From positions 1 through 64,000 of the IMG/VR virus record IMGVR_UViG_3300010354_000050: a DNA stretch of 64,000 bases; one strand, written 5' to 3'. Every line of letters starts with the position of its first letter. Within the stretch, counting starts at the first letter, position 1. This document shows positions 48,070 to 57,188 of this stretch, piece by piece. The stretch is from a virus. The notes beneath the pieces were generated by a model. The model was not told the origin of the DNA, searched no databases, and was given only the letters and a program-made list of their open reading frames with translations. The position numbers and the translations under genes are program-made.

Positions 48070-48717
48070 TTGCAAGCTCACCTAAGTAAGTAACAATAAA
48101 AATGTAATTTATATGGTGAAAAATGGAGCCTGTTTTATGGAAGACTGAGAAGGTTATAAGTAAAGGTGATTATAATTACGCTTTAGTTAAGAACCATCCA
48201 AAAGCTAATAAACATGGGTATGTTCTAGAGCATAGAGTAGTTGTTGAAAATCATCTTGGTAGACTTCTTAATCCTACTGAAGTTGTCCACCATATTAATC
48301 ACGATAAAAAGGACAACAGAATTGAGAATCTTGAAGTTTTAGACGTTTTAGATCACCTAAAACTACATGGTTTAGAGCAAGGAAGAAAATGGTGTCATCT
48401 TAAGTGTCCTAACTGCGGAGTAGAATTCTGCAAGGAAATGAGAAATACACATCTAGTAAAGAAAAGTTCTTTTACTACTTGCTCTCCTGTATGTAGAGGT
48501 AAACTATCAAGAAAAATTCAATTAGGTAGAGAAACTGAAACAGTGGAAGCTGCTATATCGGAGAATATCCTTTGCGTCTTTAGGCGATTTAAGGACAACA
48601 CCGAGGTAACTGTCTTATAACAGGAACCGTAGAGACTAATACGCAGCTCACCTGAAATGGTGAAGATAGAGTCCAGCCTACAACACGAAAGTGGTCATAG
48701 TAATATGATGTAGGAAG
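48070..48717 (+). mobile_element. Group I intron carrying an HNH homing endonuclease ORF
   Basis: Exon ends in U and intron ends in G; P3 AGCTGC/GCAGCT; R element CCGTAGAGACT; S element AAGATAGAGTCC; P8 CACC/GGTG; P9 CCTACA/TGTAGG. Confidence 0.85.
48123..48620 (+). CDS. HNH homing endonuclease (intron-encoded)
   Basis: YVLEHRVVVE.HLGR.L...EVVHHINHDKKDNRIENLE plus CPNC...CS..C zinc finger. Confidence 0.9.
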   Translation: MEPVLWKTEKVISKGDYNYALVKNHPKANKHGYVLEHRVVVENHLGRLLNPTEVVHHINHDKKDNRIENLEVLDVLDHLKLHGLEQGRKWCHLKCPNCGVEFCKEMRNTHLVKKSSFTTCSPVCRGKLSRKIQLGRETETVEAAISENILCVFRRFKDNTEVTVL

Positions 48718-48809
48718 CTAAGCGGTCGGTCGCTGGTTCGAGTCCAGCATGGCCCGTTAATTTGCCTAAAGCAAATTATTTATTTATTAAACAGATTTAA
48801 GGAAAAGGG

Positions 48810-49154
48810 ATGGAGTTAGAGGTTTTTAATGAAGTAATTATTAAGGATTTCAGGCTTTTGAAAGATCCTGATGAACTACTTCTTTTTCAAAAGGAACTAA
48901 AAAGGGTCAATGTGCCTTCAAGTTCTATCTTGGAATTAGATGATAAAGGGGTTTTGTTTTCTTTGCCTAGTGGAGATTTGGTAGAATTAAGTAAAGGTTC
49001 TTATTTAGAAGATAGTCCTGAGTACTTAGACAAATTGTTATATTATGGTGAACACCCTGAAGAAGGGTATTTATCTAAGGAAATTGAAGTTGAAAAGATT
49101 TCAGACTACTTGGATTTGATCAACTTCTTTACTTGGAACCTAGAAATCTATTAA
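48810..49154 (+). CDS. Acidic hypothetical protein
   Basis: RBS plus 114 aa ORF. Confidence 0.65.
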   Translation: MELEVFNEVIIKDFRLLKDPDELLLFQKELKRVNVPSSSILELDDKGVLFSLPSGDLVELSKGSYLEDSPEYLDKLLYYGEHPEEGYLSKEIEVEKISDYLDLINFFTWNLEIY

Positions 49155-49538
49155 AAACAAAGGAGGAGTTGACTTGATCAACTCCTTTTTGCTATTATGT
49201 TGATGTTGATGCTGATTAGGGTTTAACAATGAAGGCTACTGGAGAGGAAATTAAGCAATTTTTTGATGAAGGGTTTATTGAAAACTATAGTGATAGTTAT
49301 GACGGGTTAGAAATTTATGATGAATTTTCTACTCCCGTGGTCTTTTGTTAGATCTTGAAAAGGAATATGATCTAGAAGAAGAGTTTGGGTAGGTATATCC
49401 AGATCAAAATGATGATTCTTCATATTTCCTTTATCCACCTATGCGCTTTTCTGACGCTTTCTTCCTTTGGAGTACAAGAAAGAAGATCAAGTAAGTTTTA
49501 TTTGAAATCTAAAAAAGTTGTCAAGGAGATCTTCAAAA

Positions 49539-49856
49539 ATGAATAAATACTATGACAGGTTAACGATAGAACAGCAGCAAGTTGTAGAGATCTTTAAGCT
49601 CAATGTTGAAGATGAAGTCTTAAATTGCCTAGATTGCCTCTATGAAATTGACAAAATAGGTGATAAAGGCCGCATTCCTTTACCTGCAACAAGCTCATCT
49701 GGAAAGCCTGTTTTGCATGGTGCAAATCAAATTATTCATCATTTGCGTAATTATTACTTAAAGCGAATTGCTTTAGTTAGACAGACAGACCGAGAAACCT
49801 ATGAAAAGTGGGTTCCAGATTTTTATAAAGTAGAAGCTTCTAAGGTAGGAATTTAG
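49539..49856 (+). CDS. Hypothetical protein
   Basis: AGGAG RBS before ATG 49539. Confidence 0.65.
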   Translation: MNKYYDRLTIEQQQVVEIFKLNVEDEVLNCLDCLYEIDKIGDKGRIPLPATSSSGKPVLHGANQIIHHLRNYYLKRIALVRQTDRETYEKWVPDFYKVEASKVGI

Positions 49857-49865
49857 AAAAAAAAA

Positions 49866-50222
49866 ATGCACATTAGTAAAGAAGTTTTTGATGAAATCAA
49901 AACTTTTGACAGCTATGGGGATTATTTAGCTAAGGCAAATCAAAACCTAAACCCTTATTACTTCATTGGTTCAACTGAATCGAACTATGAGAGCAAGCCA
50001 GTTACAGTAGATAGTGGTACACTGAAGGGTATTTTGGCTGATTTGCTATTCTTTTATCATAAAGAAGCAGATGGTGCATATTGTTCAGCTAGTGCCCATT
50101 TCGATAGGGCATTGGTGGAGCTTAGTGATTTGACTGGAAATCCTTTTAGAAATGATCCTTTGATTCAAGAAGCTTATCAAGAAATTGATTTGCTAAGGGA
50201 AATGGTTAAGTTTAATAAATAG
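49866..50222 (+). CDS. Hypothetical protein
   Basis: Operonic ORF. Confidence 0.65.
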   Translation: MHISKEVFDEIKTFDSYGDYLAKANQNLNPYYFIGSTESNYESKPVTVDSGTLKGILADLLFFYHKEADGAYCSASAHFDRALVELSDLTGNPFRNDPLIQEAYQEIDLLREMVKFNK

Positions 50223-50266
50223 AAAAAAAGAAAAAAAGGATAAGGTCAGACCTCATCCTTTTATGT

Positions 50267-50395
50267 TTAAGAAGCCTTAAGCTTTTTAACAAGCCCTTTA
50301 GTTTGCTTCTTTAGTTGTCGGGCACGGGCAGAAGCAAGTCTACCCTTATTGTTCCGACCTTCTTTCCGGGGAGATTCCCAACGCTTTAGTTGCAT
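50267..50395 (-). CDS. Small highly basic protein (42 aa, not in ORF track)
   Basis: MQLKRWESPRKEGRNNKGRLASARARQLKKQTKGLVKKLKAS; AAGGA RBS, TTGACC-17-TAAACT promoter, terminator shared with the convergent gene. Confidence 0.7.
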   Translation of the reverse strand: MQLKRWESPRKEGRNNKGRLASARARQLKKQTKGLVKKLKAS

Positions 50396-50561
50396 TTGTC
50401 ATTATCCTTATCACTATACCCATAGTTTACACCGTAGGAAGGGAAAGGTCAAATAAACATTGCTTATACCACGCTCTTTAGGAAATAAGGAAAACCAATT
50501 GACTTTTCTTCTGAAGAAGTTTACTATATTCCTGTAAGTGATCTTGAAAAATTTTTGAAAA

Positions 50562-50942
50562 ATGGTTAGCCAACAGATCTTCCAACAAGCAATTGAAGTA
50601 GCAAAATCTTCTACTTCTAAGAAACAAGTAGGGGCTTTGCTGCTAAACCGTAATAGGGTAGTCATGGCAGCAACTAACCTAGAAAACAAGTCTCACCCTG
50701 TACAGGCTAGATTTGCAAACAAAGCAGGGTTGAGGGAAAAAATCTATCTCCATGCTGAAATTGCTGCTTTGATTAAATGCAAAGAACAAGCAGATTCCAT
50801 TGTTGTAGCTAGGGTAAATTGTTTTAATGATTTGCGTATGGCCAAGCCTTGTCCAATTTGTCAGCTTGCCCTAAAAGAAGCAGGAATAAGCAAAGTTTAT
50901 TATAGTACAAATCACGGATTTAAGTTTTTCAACCTGAAATAG
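50562..50942 (+). CDS. Cytidine/deoxycytidylate deaminase-family protein
   Basis: VGALL, LHAEIAAL, KPCPIC zinc motifs. Confidence 0.85.
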   Translation: MVSQQIFQQAIEVAKSSTSKKQVGALLLNRNRVVMAATNLENKSHPVQARFANKAGLREKIYLHAEIAALIKCKEQADSIVVARVNCFNDLRMAKPCPICQLALKEAGISKVYYSTNHGFKFFNLK

Positions 50943-50988
50943 TTGCATAATTTAGGAGTTTGTGCTATAATAAAATAGATGATTTCTG

Positions 50989-51077
50989 GGGGGTGTGATG
51001 TATGGAGCATCGTGGGTCTTATAAGCCCAAGTGGAGCAGATTACTCCCGTGTTAGGGTTCGATTCCCTACACCCCTA
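50989..51077 (+). tRNA. tRNA-Ile(UAU) with long variable arm
   Basis: GGGGGTG/CACCCCT acceptor, TGGGT-CTTATAA-GCCCA anticodon arm, GGAG-cagatta-CTCC variable arm, TAGGG-TTCGATT-CCCTA T-arm. Confidence 0.8.
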
Positions 51078-51393
51078 TTTGTAAACTCACTTAACAAAAA
51101 TTGAAAAAGTCGGAAATAAAGAAAAACTATCCGACTCTAACTTTTGTAGAACCTGATTAAGACAAAAAAAAGGGGGGGGAGGTTTGTACCCCCCCCCTTT
51201 TTTTCTAGAAAACTTCAACCCCTTCTTGGAAAGTGTCTACAAGATCTTGATCAGTAATGTCCATTCCTGTCTTTTCCATGAAACAACCCACTCATTATAG
51301 CAAAATTTTTTGAAAAAGTCTACAACAAATTTAGTTGACAACTTTAGTAGAAGATGCTAAACTAGATGTTGTAAAGGTTAAGGTGAAAAACAA

Positions 51394-52020
51394 ATGAAAA
51401 ATCAACTTCAGCAAATCTTTGAAGAAATTGCCCAAGTTCGACAAGAAATGTATGAAATGCGTCAGTCATTTCAAAAGAATTACGAAAGTGAACTTCTGGA
51501 AAGTTCTAAACAAAAAACTATTACTAAAGCTATTGGCAAGCTAGGAGAAGGTAAGGTTTCGGGAATTAAGGCCAAATATCAGGAAGAACTTGATCAAGCT
51601 ACTAAAGATATGAAGCAAAAGCTAGAAAATTTGGAACAAGATTTCTTAAGTCTATCCCAAAATTATCAATTTCCAAAAGACAACGGGAATAACTGGGAAG
51701 TTTACAAAACTTCATACCTCTATACCTATTCAACTCAAGGTCTAGGTGCCGATTCCTATGCCAGAAATGCCCTGTCTACTTCTGTTGCCCACTGTACTGC
51801 TTTAGGTCTAGAAAACAAAATTTCTTATGACCAAGAAGTAAGAGCTTACAGACTTTGGATCAAAGGGGATAAAGTTGATGTAGCTATTGCCCAAAATAAA
51901 CCTGGACTTTCTTTAGTAGAAACAGTTCAGGTACTTTGGAAATCTGGAGTAAATCCACGGGTAATCTTCCCTTTTTTGCCTTGGGGGTTTGAAGAAAAGC
52001 ATGGGATTTCTTACACTTGA
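51394..52020 (+). CDS. Hypothetical protein with N-terminal coiled coil
   Basis: Promoter, RBS, 208 aa. Confidence 0.7.
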   Translation: MKNQLQQIFEEIAQVRQEMYEMRQSFQKNYESELLESSKQKTITKAIGKLGEGKVSGIKAKYQEELDQATKDMKQKLENLEQDFLSLSQNYQFPKDNGNNWEVYKTSYLYTYSTQGLGADSYARNALSTSVAHCTALGLENKISYDQEVRAYRLWIKGDKVDVAIAQNKPGLSLVETVQVLWKSGVNPRVIFPFLPWGFEEKHGISYT

Positions 52021-52209
52021 TCTTGTGCAATGATTGTGTTATAATGTTTAGTAGTCTATAATCAGGTCAAAAATGGATAGCCATAATACCTTAGTTTCTC
52101 TAATGCTACTGAATGACTTAGAACGGTTAGTCATGAATCTTCCTGAAGAAGAAAAGAAAGAAGCTCTAGAAGCTATTAATCAATTGGAAAGTATTGTTTG
52201 TAGTTGTTA

Positions 52210-52392
52210 ATGATGAACAAATATGTGAAACTGATTGTTGAATACTACCTTGATAAATATGAAAAAGGTAGTGGGACTTTGGGATTTACCAGAGAACAAG
52301 TAGAAGAAATTAGACTTGAACTTGAAAAGCCTGAGTCTAATATTTCTGAAGCTGTTACAGAATTTCTAAAAACCTTAAAATTTAGCAATTAA
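52210..52392 (+). CDS. Hypothetical protein
   Basis: ORF upstream of thyX. Confidence 0.55.
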   Translation: MMNKYVKLIVEYYLDKYEKGSGTLGFTREQVEEIRLELEKPESNISEAVTEFLKTLKFSN

Positions 52393-52418
52393 ATCTATAA
52401 AGGAAAAGGAAAAGGAAA

Positions 52419-53234
52419 GTGGACAGATTACTAAAAGTAGACGTAATTTCTAAATCTTCTAACCCCCAAAAACAAGCCTATGCGGATATGCACCAGTGCT
52501 ATAGCAGTAGCATGGTAGCAGAAGAGTTTTTTGGAGAAGACTTTTCGGAGCAAATTCCCTGCTTAATTACTTCTAATTCTAGGGAATGGAGAGATCCTAT
52601 GAACCTGGGAAAGCTTATTGGAGAAAAAGAAGCAGGTGAACGAGTAGTAAAAAATTGCCTTAAGCAAGGGCATTGGGGGGTTATTGAATCACCAACTATT
52701 AGTTTTTCAGTAGGGTATTTCCCCCACAGTGTCATGCAACAGGCTAGAACCCACCGAGTAGGGATTCATTTCGGAGTTCAAAGTGGAAGATATACTTCAG
52801 AAAATATTCTTAACCTTACCCGAATCTCTGAAGAAGTTCTGAATCTGGAATCAGTAGAAGAAGTTTTTTACTTACGGCCTGTTGGATTTTACACTGATAG
52901 GAAAGGTTGCAAGTATGAGTATACTCAAGAAGAACGAGAGAAAGACCTAGAATATTGCTATCAAGCTGCTTTGCGCTATGCTGATAAGATCTACCGGGGC
53001 TTTTCTGAAGAACACGCTAGAGGTTTGATTCCTTTTGACATTAGGCAACATTTCACCGTTAGCTTCAACATCAGAAGCTTGTTTCATTTCCTTGATATGC
53101 GTAGCCCAAAAGATGCACAACTAGAAATCCGGTGGCTATGCGATCTCATGTGGCCCTATGTAAAAGAGTGGATTCCAGAAATTGCTGATCACTATGAGAA
53201 GACAAGATGGGGCAAGAATAAACTAGCCCCTTAA
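52419..53234 (+). CDS. thyX: FAD-dependent thymidylate synthase ThyX (cyanobacterial type)
   Basis: GHWGVIE, HSVMQQARTHRVG..F.VQSGRY, EEHARG..P, N.RSL.HF.D.R...DAQLEI. Confidence 0.93.
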   Translation: MDRLLKVDVISKSSNPQKQAYADMHQCYSSSMVAEEFFGEDFSEQIPCLITSNSREWRDPMNLGKLIGEKEAGERVVKNCLKQGHWGVIESPTISFSVGYFPHSVMQQARTHRVGIHFGVQSGRYTSENILNLTRISEEVLNLESVEEVFYLRPVGFYTDRKGCKYEYTQEEREKDLEYCYQAALRYADKIYRGFSEEHARGLIPFDIRQHFTVSFNIRSLFHFLDMRSPKDAQLEIRWLCDLMWPYVKEWIPEIADHYEKTRWGKNKLAP

Positions 53235-53333
53235 TAAATACAAGAAGAAGTAAGATTTTACTTCTTCTTTTTTTGACTTTTTCCAACCTTTATGCTAAAC
53301 TAATTCTATAGTTGCTAAAGAGAAATTAATCAA

Positions 53334-53702
53334 ATGCCAGCCCGATACCAACCTCAAAAGCCAAATTTGCCTAGCTTGCAGCCATGTTGCAAATGTGGTA
53401 ACTTACCAAAACGATTAAGGACTATTCTCCGTTACGACAGTATTAGGGACTACCTGTTTTACGCTTGTAGTTGCTATGACGTGCTTGGCGAGGTAGCAGC
53501 TACACCCAATGAACATAAGGCTAGGAACAAATGGAATACTTTGCAAAACAATATCAAAAAACTTAGTCAACTGTTTCCTTACCAGGAATTGACCCACGTT
53601 TACGAAAGGAAAACAGACTATGTTGTTTGGTTAGACAATAGTTTTAGAAAAGTTATTTCCAAATCTGATCTAGACCTTACCTTTGAAGACTTGTTTAGTT
53701 AA
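53334..53702 (+). CDS. Zinc-ribbon (Lar-like) hypothetical protein
   Basis: LQPCCKCG...C.C...A..KWN pattern. Confidence 0.55.
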   Translation: MPARYQPQKPNLPSLQPCCKCGNLPKRLRTILRYDSIRDYLFYACSCYDVLGEVAATPNEHKARNKWNTLQNNIKKLSQLFPYQELTHVYERKTDYVVWLDNSFRKVISKSDLDLTFEDLFS

Positions 53703-53708
53703 AGAGCA

Positions 53709-54242
53709 ATGAAATCAAATACTGAACATTTTGCAGTAGTTATGATAGGGGCACCAGGATCAGGCAAATCTACTTTTGCCCATAACCTGATGAAGCAAAA
53801 TAATTTCACTTATGTCAACTATGACTCTATCCGAAAACATCTGTGGGGAGATGAAAACATTCAAGGTTCTTGGAAAGAAATTAGTAAGACTGTAGATGTT
53901 CTAACCTTTGAAGCTAATCACAACAACAGTAATATTATTGTTGATGGGTGCCATCACAGGGGATTTTACAGAAAAGAAGTTTGTAGTAAGCTGAGGAAAA
54001 ATGGCTATAGCAAGGTTATAGGTGTCTTTGTCAATAGTTCCTTAGAAAACTGTCTGAAACAAAATTCAAGCAGAAGTAGGCAAGTTCCTGGTAATGTTAT
54101 TGAAAAAATCTGGAAACAGTTAGAAGAAAATAAGGGAAAACTTTTAACTTTCTTTGATGAACTGATAACTTACAACCCTGAAACCAACGCCACCAGTACT
54201 TTTATAAATAGTAATAAGATATGGAAACTAAAGCAAGAATAG
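53709..54242 (+). CDS. AAA_33 kinase (polynucleotide kinase-like)
   Basis: IGAPGSGKSTFA, YDSIR, IVDG, CL.QN..R.RQVP..VI. Confidence 0.85.
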   Translation: MKSNTEHFAVVMIGAPGSGKSTFAHNLMKQNNFTYVNYDSIRKHLWGDENIQGSWKEISKTVDVLTFEANHNNSNIIVDGCHHRGFYRKEVCSKLRKNGYSKVIGVFVNSSLENCLKQNSSRSRQVPGNVIEKIWKQLEENKGKLLTFFDELITYNPETNATSTFINSNKIWKLKQE

Positions 54243-54427
54243 CTTCGAGCATAATCATATGTGTAGCCTACCTAACTGTACTTTATTCAAATGATGTAAC
54301 CCTAGCTTCAAGGCTTTATATAGTAGGCAATGGATTAGCACTCCCTTACATGATTAGAAACAAATGCTGGGATATTGTAGCCCTCCTTGTTTTCTTCATC
54401 ATAGCAGGTTTTCCTAAGGCACTATGA
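54221..54427 (+). CDS. Small membrane protein
   Basis: Hydrophobic segments; GN.L.LPY...K.WD.V motif. Confidence 0.65.
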   Translation: METKARIASSIIICVAYLTVLYSNDVTLASRLYIVGNGLALPYMIRNKCWDIVALLVFFIIAGFPKAL

Positions 54428-54498
54428 AAAAAAAAAAAGATTCTTACAAGAAAATCTGTGGTAAACTTACTAAAGTTCTGTCAAGAGTAAAAAAAAAA

Positions 54499-54675
54499 AT
54501 GAGAGTCAAAATTACTACTGCAAATGGGAAGTTGCTAGGTAATCTAACCTTGAACCAGAGGCCATGGCAAGGTGAGTTTATTTCTATAAATGGTACTGTC
54601 TATGAAATTGACAAAATTATCCATGAGCAGAATGCTAACTACGCCTTTACCATCCAAACAAAGGTAGCTTACTAA
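54499..54675 (+). CDS. Small hypothetical protein
   Basis: MRVKITTANG...P..GE.I.I.G..YEI..IIH. Confidence 0.55.
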   Translation: MRVKITTANGKLLGNLTLNQRPWQGEFISINGTVYEIDKIIHEQNANYAFTIQTKVAY

Positions 54676-55696
54676 ATGGTAGAAAACTTTTCTAAGGAAG
54701 AAATAAAAATCTTCCTTGATTATCTAGAAGTAGATAAAGACAGGTGTGAAAGTAAAACTAAAGAAAGAATTTACAGAAAGCTAAAGTTGATATTACTAGA
54801 GATCCCCTAATTAATTGATGCCCTATGTACTGTAAACAATCATTGGAGAAAGCAGCAAGGGATAGAAAAACTCTATTCCTTTTTTTTTCTGCTAGACTTC
54901 TTAGTTTTTACAACCAATTGTTGACTTTTCCTATTAAATAAGGTAGAATAAAAAAAAAAGGAATTGAAGTCCTTTTACTCCATAAACAAAAAAAAATGAA
55001 CAAATTAGCTTTTTCAATCTTGATTATGAACCTTGGTTGGGCTTTGACCATAATAGCTATTGCGGCTTTCTTTCTCCTAGATGCAGGTGATCCTAAATGT
55101 CAAGTTGTACCGTCAGACTATGGAGTTTTCTTAGAGTTCCCTAATGAATAGTTCTATTGTTTAGTCAAGGAAGATCTCATTATGGCATGACTAAATCAAC
55201 TTCCCAATCCGTCAATGATTTTAGACAGAAGTATCTTACTTTTGCTAAAGAACAAATCGGTATATTAGCTTTAGATTTCTTGAACAAAAACCCAGTTTTA
55301 GTAAGATCAAAATACAATACTGTTGTTTAGTATGCTTTAGACCTTTGGATGTTTACGGTTTGTGGCTAACTGCTGACTCCCTTGAACATCAGAAATACTT
55401 TCCTGAAAGCAACATGGAGCTTGATCTTGATTTTATCATTGAATCTTCTAAAGATTTAAGAAATGTCCTTTAACTTCTTGATACCCAAGTTCGTAAAGAT
55501 CTAGAAGGAAGCATATTTGTAGCTAATTCTGACATTGGCTAAAACTCCCCAGATCTTTCCTTGTCTAAAGATTAATTTTTCAACTAGAGGATTTTGCTTT
55601 AGGACTTGACAACATCCCTAAAATGCCTTAGAATCTAAGTGTAATCAAATTAAGGTCAAAATGAGTTTTTCTACTTTTAGTTAAGAAGAAGACAAA

Positions 55697-55879
55697 ATGT
55701 ACAAGTATGATAACCCTTACCATTGGTTTAGCCAATACGTTGATCAATTAGATCAAACACAACTTAAAAACTTGTTGCTAGAACTTGCAAGTTCTTTAGA
55801 TTTTGATACTTTGACAGATAAGTTTCAGTCTGAAATGGTAAAGGAGGGGTTTTTTGACCCCATTGAACAAGATCAATAG
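55697..55879 (+). CDS. Small hypothetical protein
   Basis: ORF track, after a promoter. Confidence 0.6.
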   Translation: MYKYDNPYHWFSQYVDQLDQTQLKNLLLELASSLDFDTLTDKFQSEMVKEGFFDPIEQDQ

Positions 55880-55904
55880 TATTTATTAAAGAAAGGTAAA
55901 AGAA

Positions 55905-56258
55905 ATGATTATTGAAAGCTTTCAGGATATTGAAAAAGCCAGTTTGCAAGAAATCTTTGACCAGGTTTCACAAGGCTTGTTAAGGCAAGGTAAAAAGTCT
56001 TTAGTTGAAGGAGAATGTGAATACTGGGGAGAGAATAATTGCCGCTGTTCCTTTGGATTCTTGATGTCTCCTGAAGAGGCTGCTTTCTATGCAGGTAAAG
56101 GCCCATATTGTATTTCAGGGTGGGATAACCTTAGTCCAGAAAAACAACTTCTGCTAATTTGCCTTATGGATTGCCATGATGATTACAAGGTTAGTGAATG
56201 GAAGAAAATGTTAGAAACCATTGCTGATCAATTTGAGCTAAATTGCAATTTTTCTTAA
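55905..56258 (+). CDS. Conserved phage hypothetical protein
   Basis: QEIFD.V...LL.QG..S...C.Y.G....C..G.L...HD motif. Confidence 0.7.
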   Translation: MIIESFQDIEKASLQEIFDQVSQGLLRQGKKSLVEGECEYWGENNCRCSFGFLMSPEEAAFYAGKGPYCISGWDNLSPEKQLLLICLMDCHDDYKVSEWKKMLETIADQFELNCNFS

Positions 56259-56270
56259 GGAATTACCTTA

Positions 56271-56522
56271 ATGAATTGGTTTGATCACCAAATAAAGCTT
56301 ACAAAGTCTTTTAGATATATTGACCCTGATCAAGTCCCACCAAACTATCTTTTCATTAACCTCCTAGACAGCAGGTTAATAATTTCTTTAGGGGTTGATC
56401 TAGATGTATGGGAAAATACATCTATTGATGTTTCTAGCCCTGGAACTTATCTCTTTTATGGGAAGTGGTATGGGAGAAATGTAAAAAAACATTTCATCTT
56501 ATGGCAAAGTAACTCATTTTGA
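56271..56522 (+). CDS. Hypothetical protein
   Basis: AAGGA RBS plus ORF. Confidence 0.55.
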   Translation: MNWFDHQIKLTKSFRYIDPDQVPPNYLFINLLDSRLIISLGVDLDVWENTSIDVSSPGTYLFYGKWYGRNVKKHFILWQSNSF

Positions 56523-56645
56523 ACCCTGGATGATGCCCGTAGGCCATATAGATAGTTTTGAACTAAAAGATTCTGACATTTGACATCTTGAGCTAAATCT
56601 GTTACTATATTGTTATCAACCTGTTTAAGAGGTAAGAGTCGAGCT

Positions 56646-56993
56646 ATGGCGAATAACATCAAAAAAGCTCTAAGTGCTAAGACTGAAAAATTTTTAAGCG
56701 TACAAATGAACTATCGCAGGTTTGGAGTGCTTACCCGGAAGCAATTTTGTCACAAGATGTTTGAATTAGGGGCTATTCCTAGTATTAAGCAAATCCCTCG
56801 CGTTCAATATGACCGGAGCAAGTTTAACCGCATGGATTACAAAAAGCAGCGAGAATATGAGAAGCTGCTGGCTAAAACTAAACCAGAGTATCAGCTTTAC
56901 TATCCCGATGAAGTTGGTATTTGTGCTATTATCACTAAGACCGAGTTTAATTACTTTCTCAGCTTAATGGGTGAGGGGCAAGAGAAGGCATAG
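56646..56993 (+). CDS. Basic hypothetical protein
   Basis: Promoter, ATG 56646. Confidence 0.6.
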   Translation: MANNIKKALSAKTEKFLSVQMNYRRFGVLTRKQFCHKMFELGAIPSIKQIPRVQYDRSKFNRMDYKKQREYEKLLAKTKPEYQLYYPDEVGICAIITKTEFNYFLSLMGEGQEKA

Positions 56994-57188
56994 ATAGATA
57001 GTTTGTTTGGCAAGTAGTTTACTAACGAGGAAGGGGAGGGGAGCAATTTTGCCCCCCCCCCTAATCAGTCCAACAATTCAAGAGCCAACATTAACATCAA
57101 GTAAAAGCTTGCTTTATGGCAAGCTTTTTTGTTGACAGGCTTAAGCAACTGAGATATAATAGGAAAGTAAGCAAACAAAGGGAACCAG

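Larger units (their letters stand above)
48036..48756 (+). tRNA. tRNA-Arg(UCU) interrupted by a group I intron (exons 48036-48069 and 48718-48756)
   Basis: Joining ...ACCGC-CTT | CTAA-GCGGT... gives a 7-nt loop with anticodon TCT; acceptor GGGTCAT/ATGGCCC; T-arm GCTGG-TTCGAGT-CCAGC; promoter 47973-48001. Confidence 0.88.

Noticed and set aside
48036-48756. Alternative splice giving tRNA-Ser(GCU)
   Set aside because: The intron would end in A rather than the obligatory G, and the tRNA lacks the long variable arm of Ser tRNAs
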